From assembly GCA_951406725.2 (NCBI GenBank), contig OX597814.1:187178001-187242000 (forward strand): 64,000 nt of DNA, read 5' to 3'. The DNA is from Octopus vulgaris (lineage: Eukaryota). A program made the position numbers and the translations under genes. Every line of letters starts with the position of its first letter. The stretch's first letter is position 1. Positions 63,304 to 64,000 of this stretch are shown piece by piece. A model generated the notes under the pieces. The model saw only the letters and a list, made by a program, of their open reading frames with translations. It had not been told where the DNA came from and did not search any database.

Positions 63304-64000
63304 CTGGAGGTGAAATATAGTGAAGGCAAGGATCAGGAGAGGTACAACCCACTGGTGAAATAGAGAGGTGGTCATATAATTAAGAAGTGTTTCATTAGCT
63401 TACGGTGCTGGGGTATTTGTTAATATCCTTTTAGATTTACTTAGGAAGACAAAGAGACTCCACAAAGTTGATTTACTCGAGATAACACCATACAAGGAAG
63501 GATGAAGCCTTCAGTCTTGTTCCAACAATAAAATAAATGACTCTGAACATCTCCTCCCTCCACTGTTTAAATCTTCATTACATATCCATATTATCATTAG
63601 TAAACATTGACAATACAACTGCCCGACTTTCATTGTTACACTCTGACACAAAACATCCTATAATCTAACATTTTGTATGATGTATGGTGAGATAAAAAGT
63701 TCTGATAACCTCCTCCTCCACCACTGCTTTCAAAGTAAAAGTGTAGGTTTCAAATGACAGTTAATGAATAGATCATTGTACCATGTTCAAACTAAGCTAA
63801 AACGATTATAAAAGCTGATAAATTTCTCTGTATTTCTTTTGTGTGTGTTCATGTATCTTTACATCAGTATTTACACACACACACACATACACACACACGA
63901 TGATATATTCATATACATACATATGTTTGTATTACAAATGTAAGAGTGTACATAATTAATCTCCACCATCTAAGATCATTCAATCACTAGTTTTATACAT

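Overview
AT-rich, repeat-dense eukaryotic (animal) DNA, not prokaryotic. Abundant (TA)n/(CA)n/(CAT)n microsatellites plus three very high-copy interspersed families (a tRNA-headed CORE-like SINE with an internal microsatellite, a tRNA-headed SINE with a Nin/Deu-like core, and RTE-LINE 3' ends with a tandem-repeat UTR and (GAT)n tail) point to an octopus (coleoid cephalopod) genome; this is inferred from repeat recognition. No intact protein-coding gene is identifiable. Recognisable coding remnants are transposon-derived: Penelope-like RT/GIY-YIG, RTE APE/RT, a HERO-like non-LTR element, and mariner/Tc1 transposases. Also present are non-autonomous Helitrons and piggyBac-, mariner- and Mutator-type MITEs. 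Most notable: a canonical minimal hammerhead ribozyme (20246-20334); four copies of an A6U-variant minimal hammerhead in Penelope tails; two copies of a hairpin-ended element whose loop lies in opposite (flip/flop) orientations; a near-perfect 108-bp foldback; SINE dimers moved as one unit and SINEs nested in older copies of their own family; and a speculative minus-strand spliced gene model with a 13-nt microexon at the left end. Coordinates of degenerate repeats are approximate.
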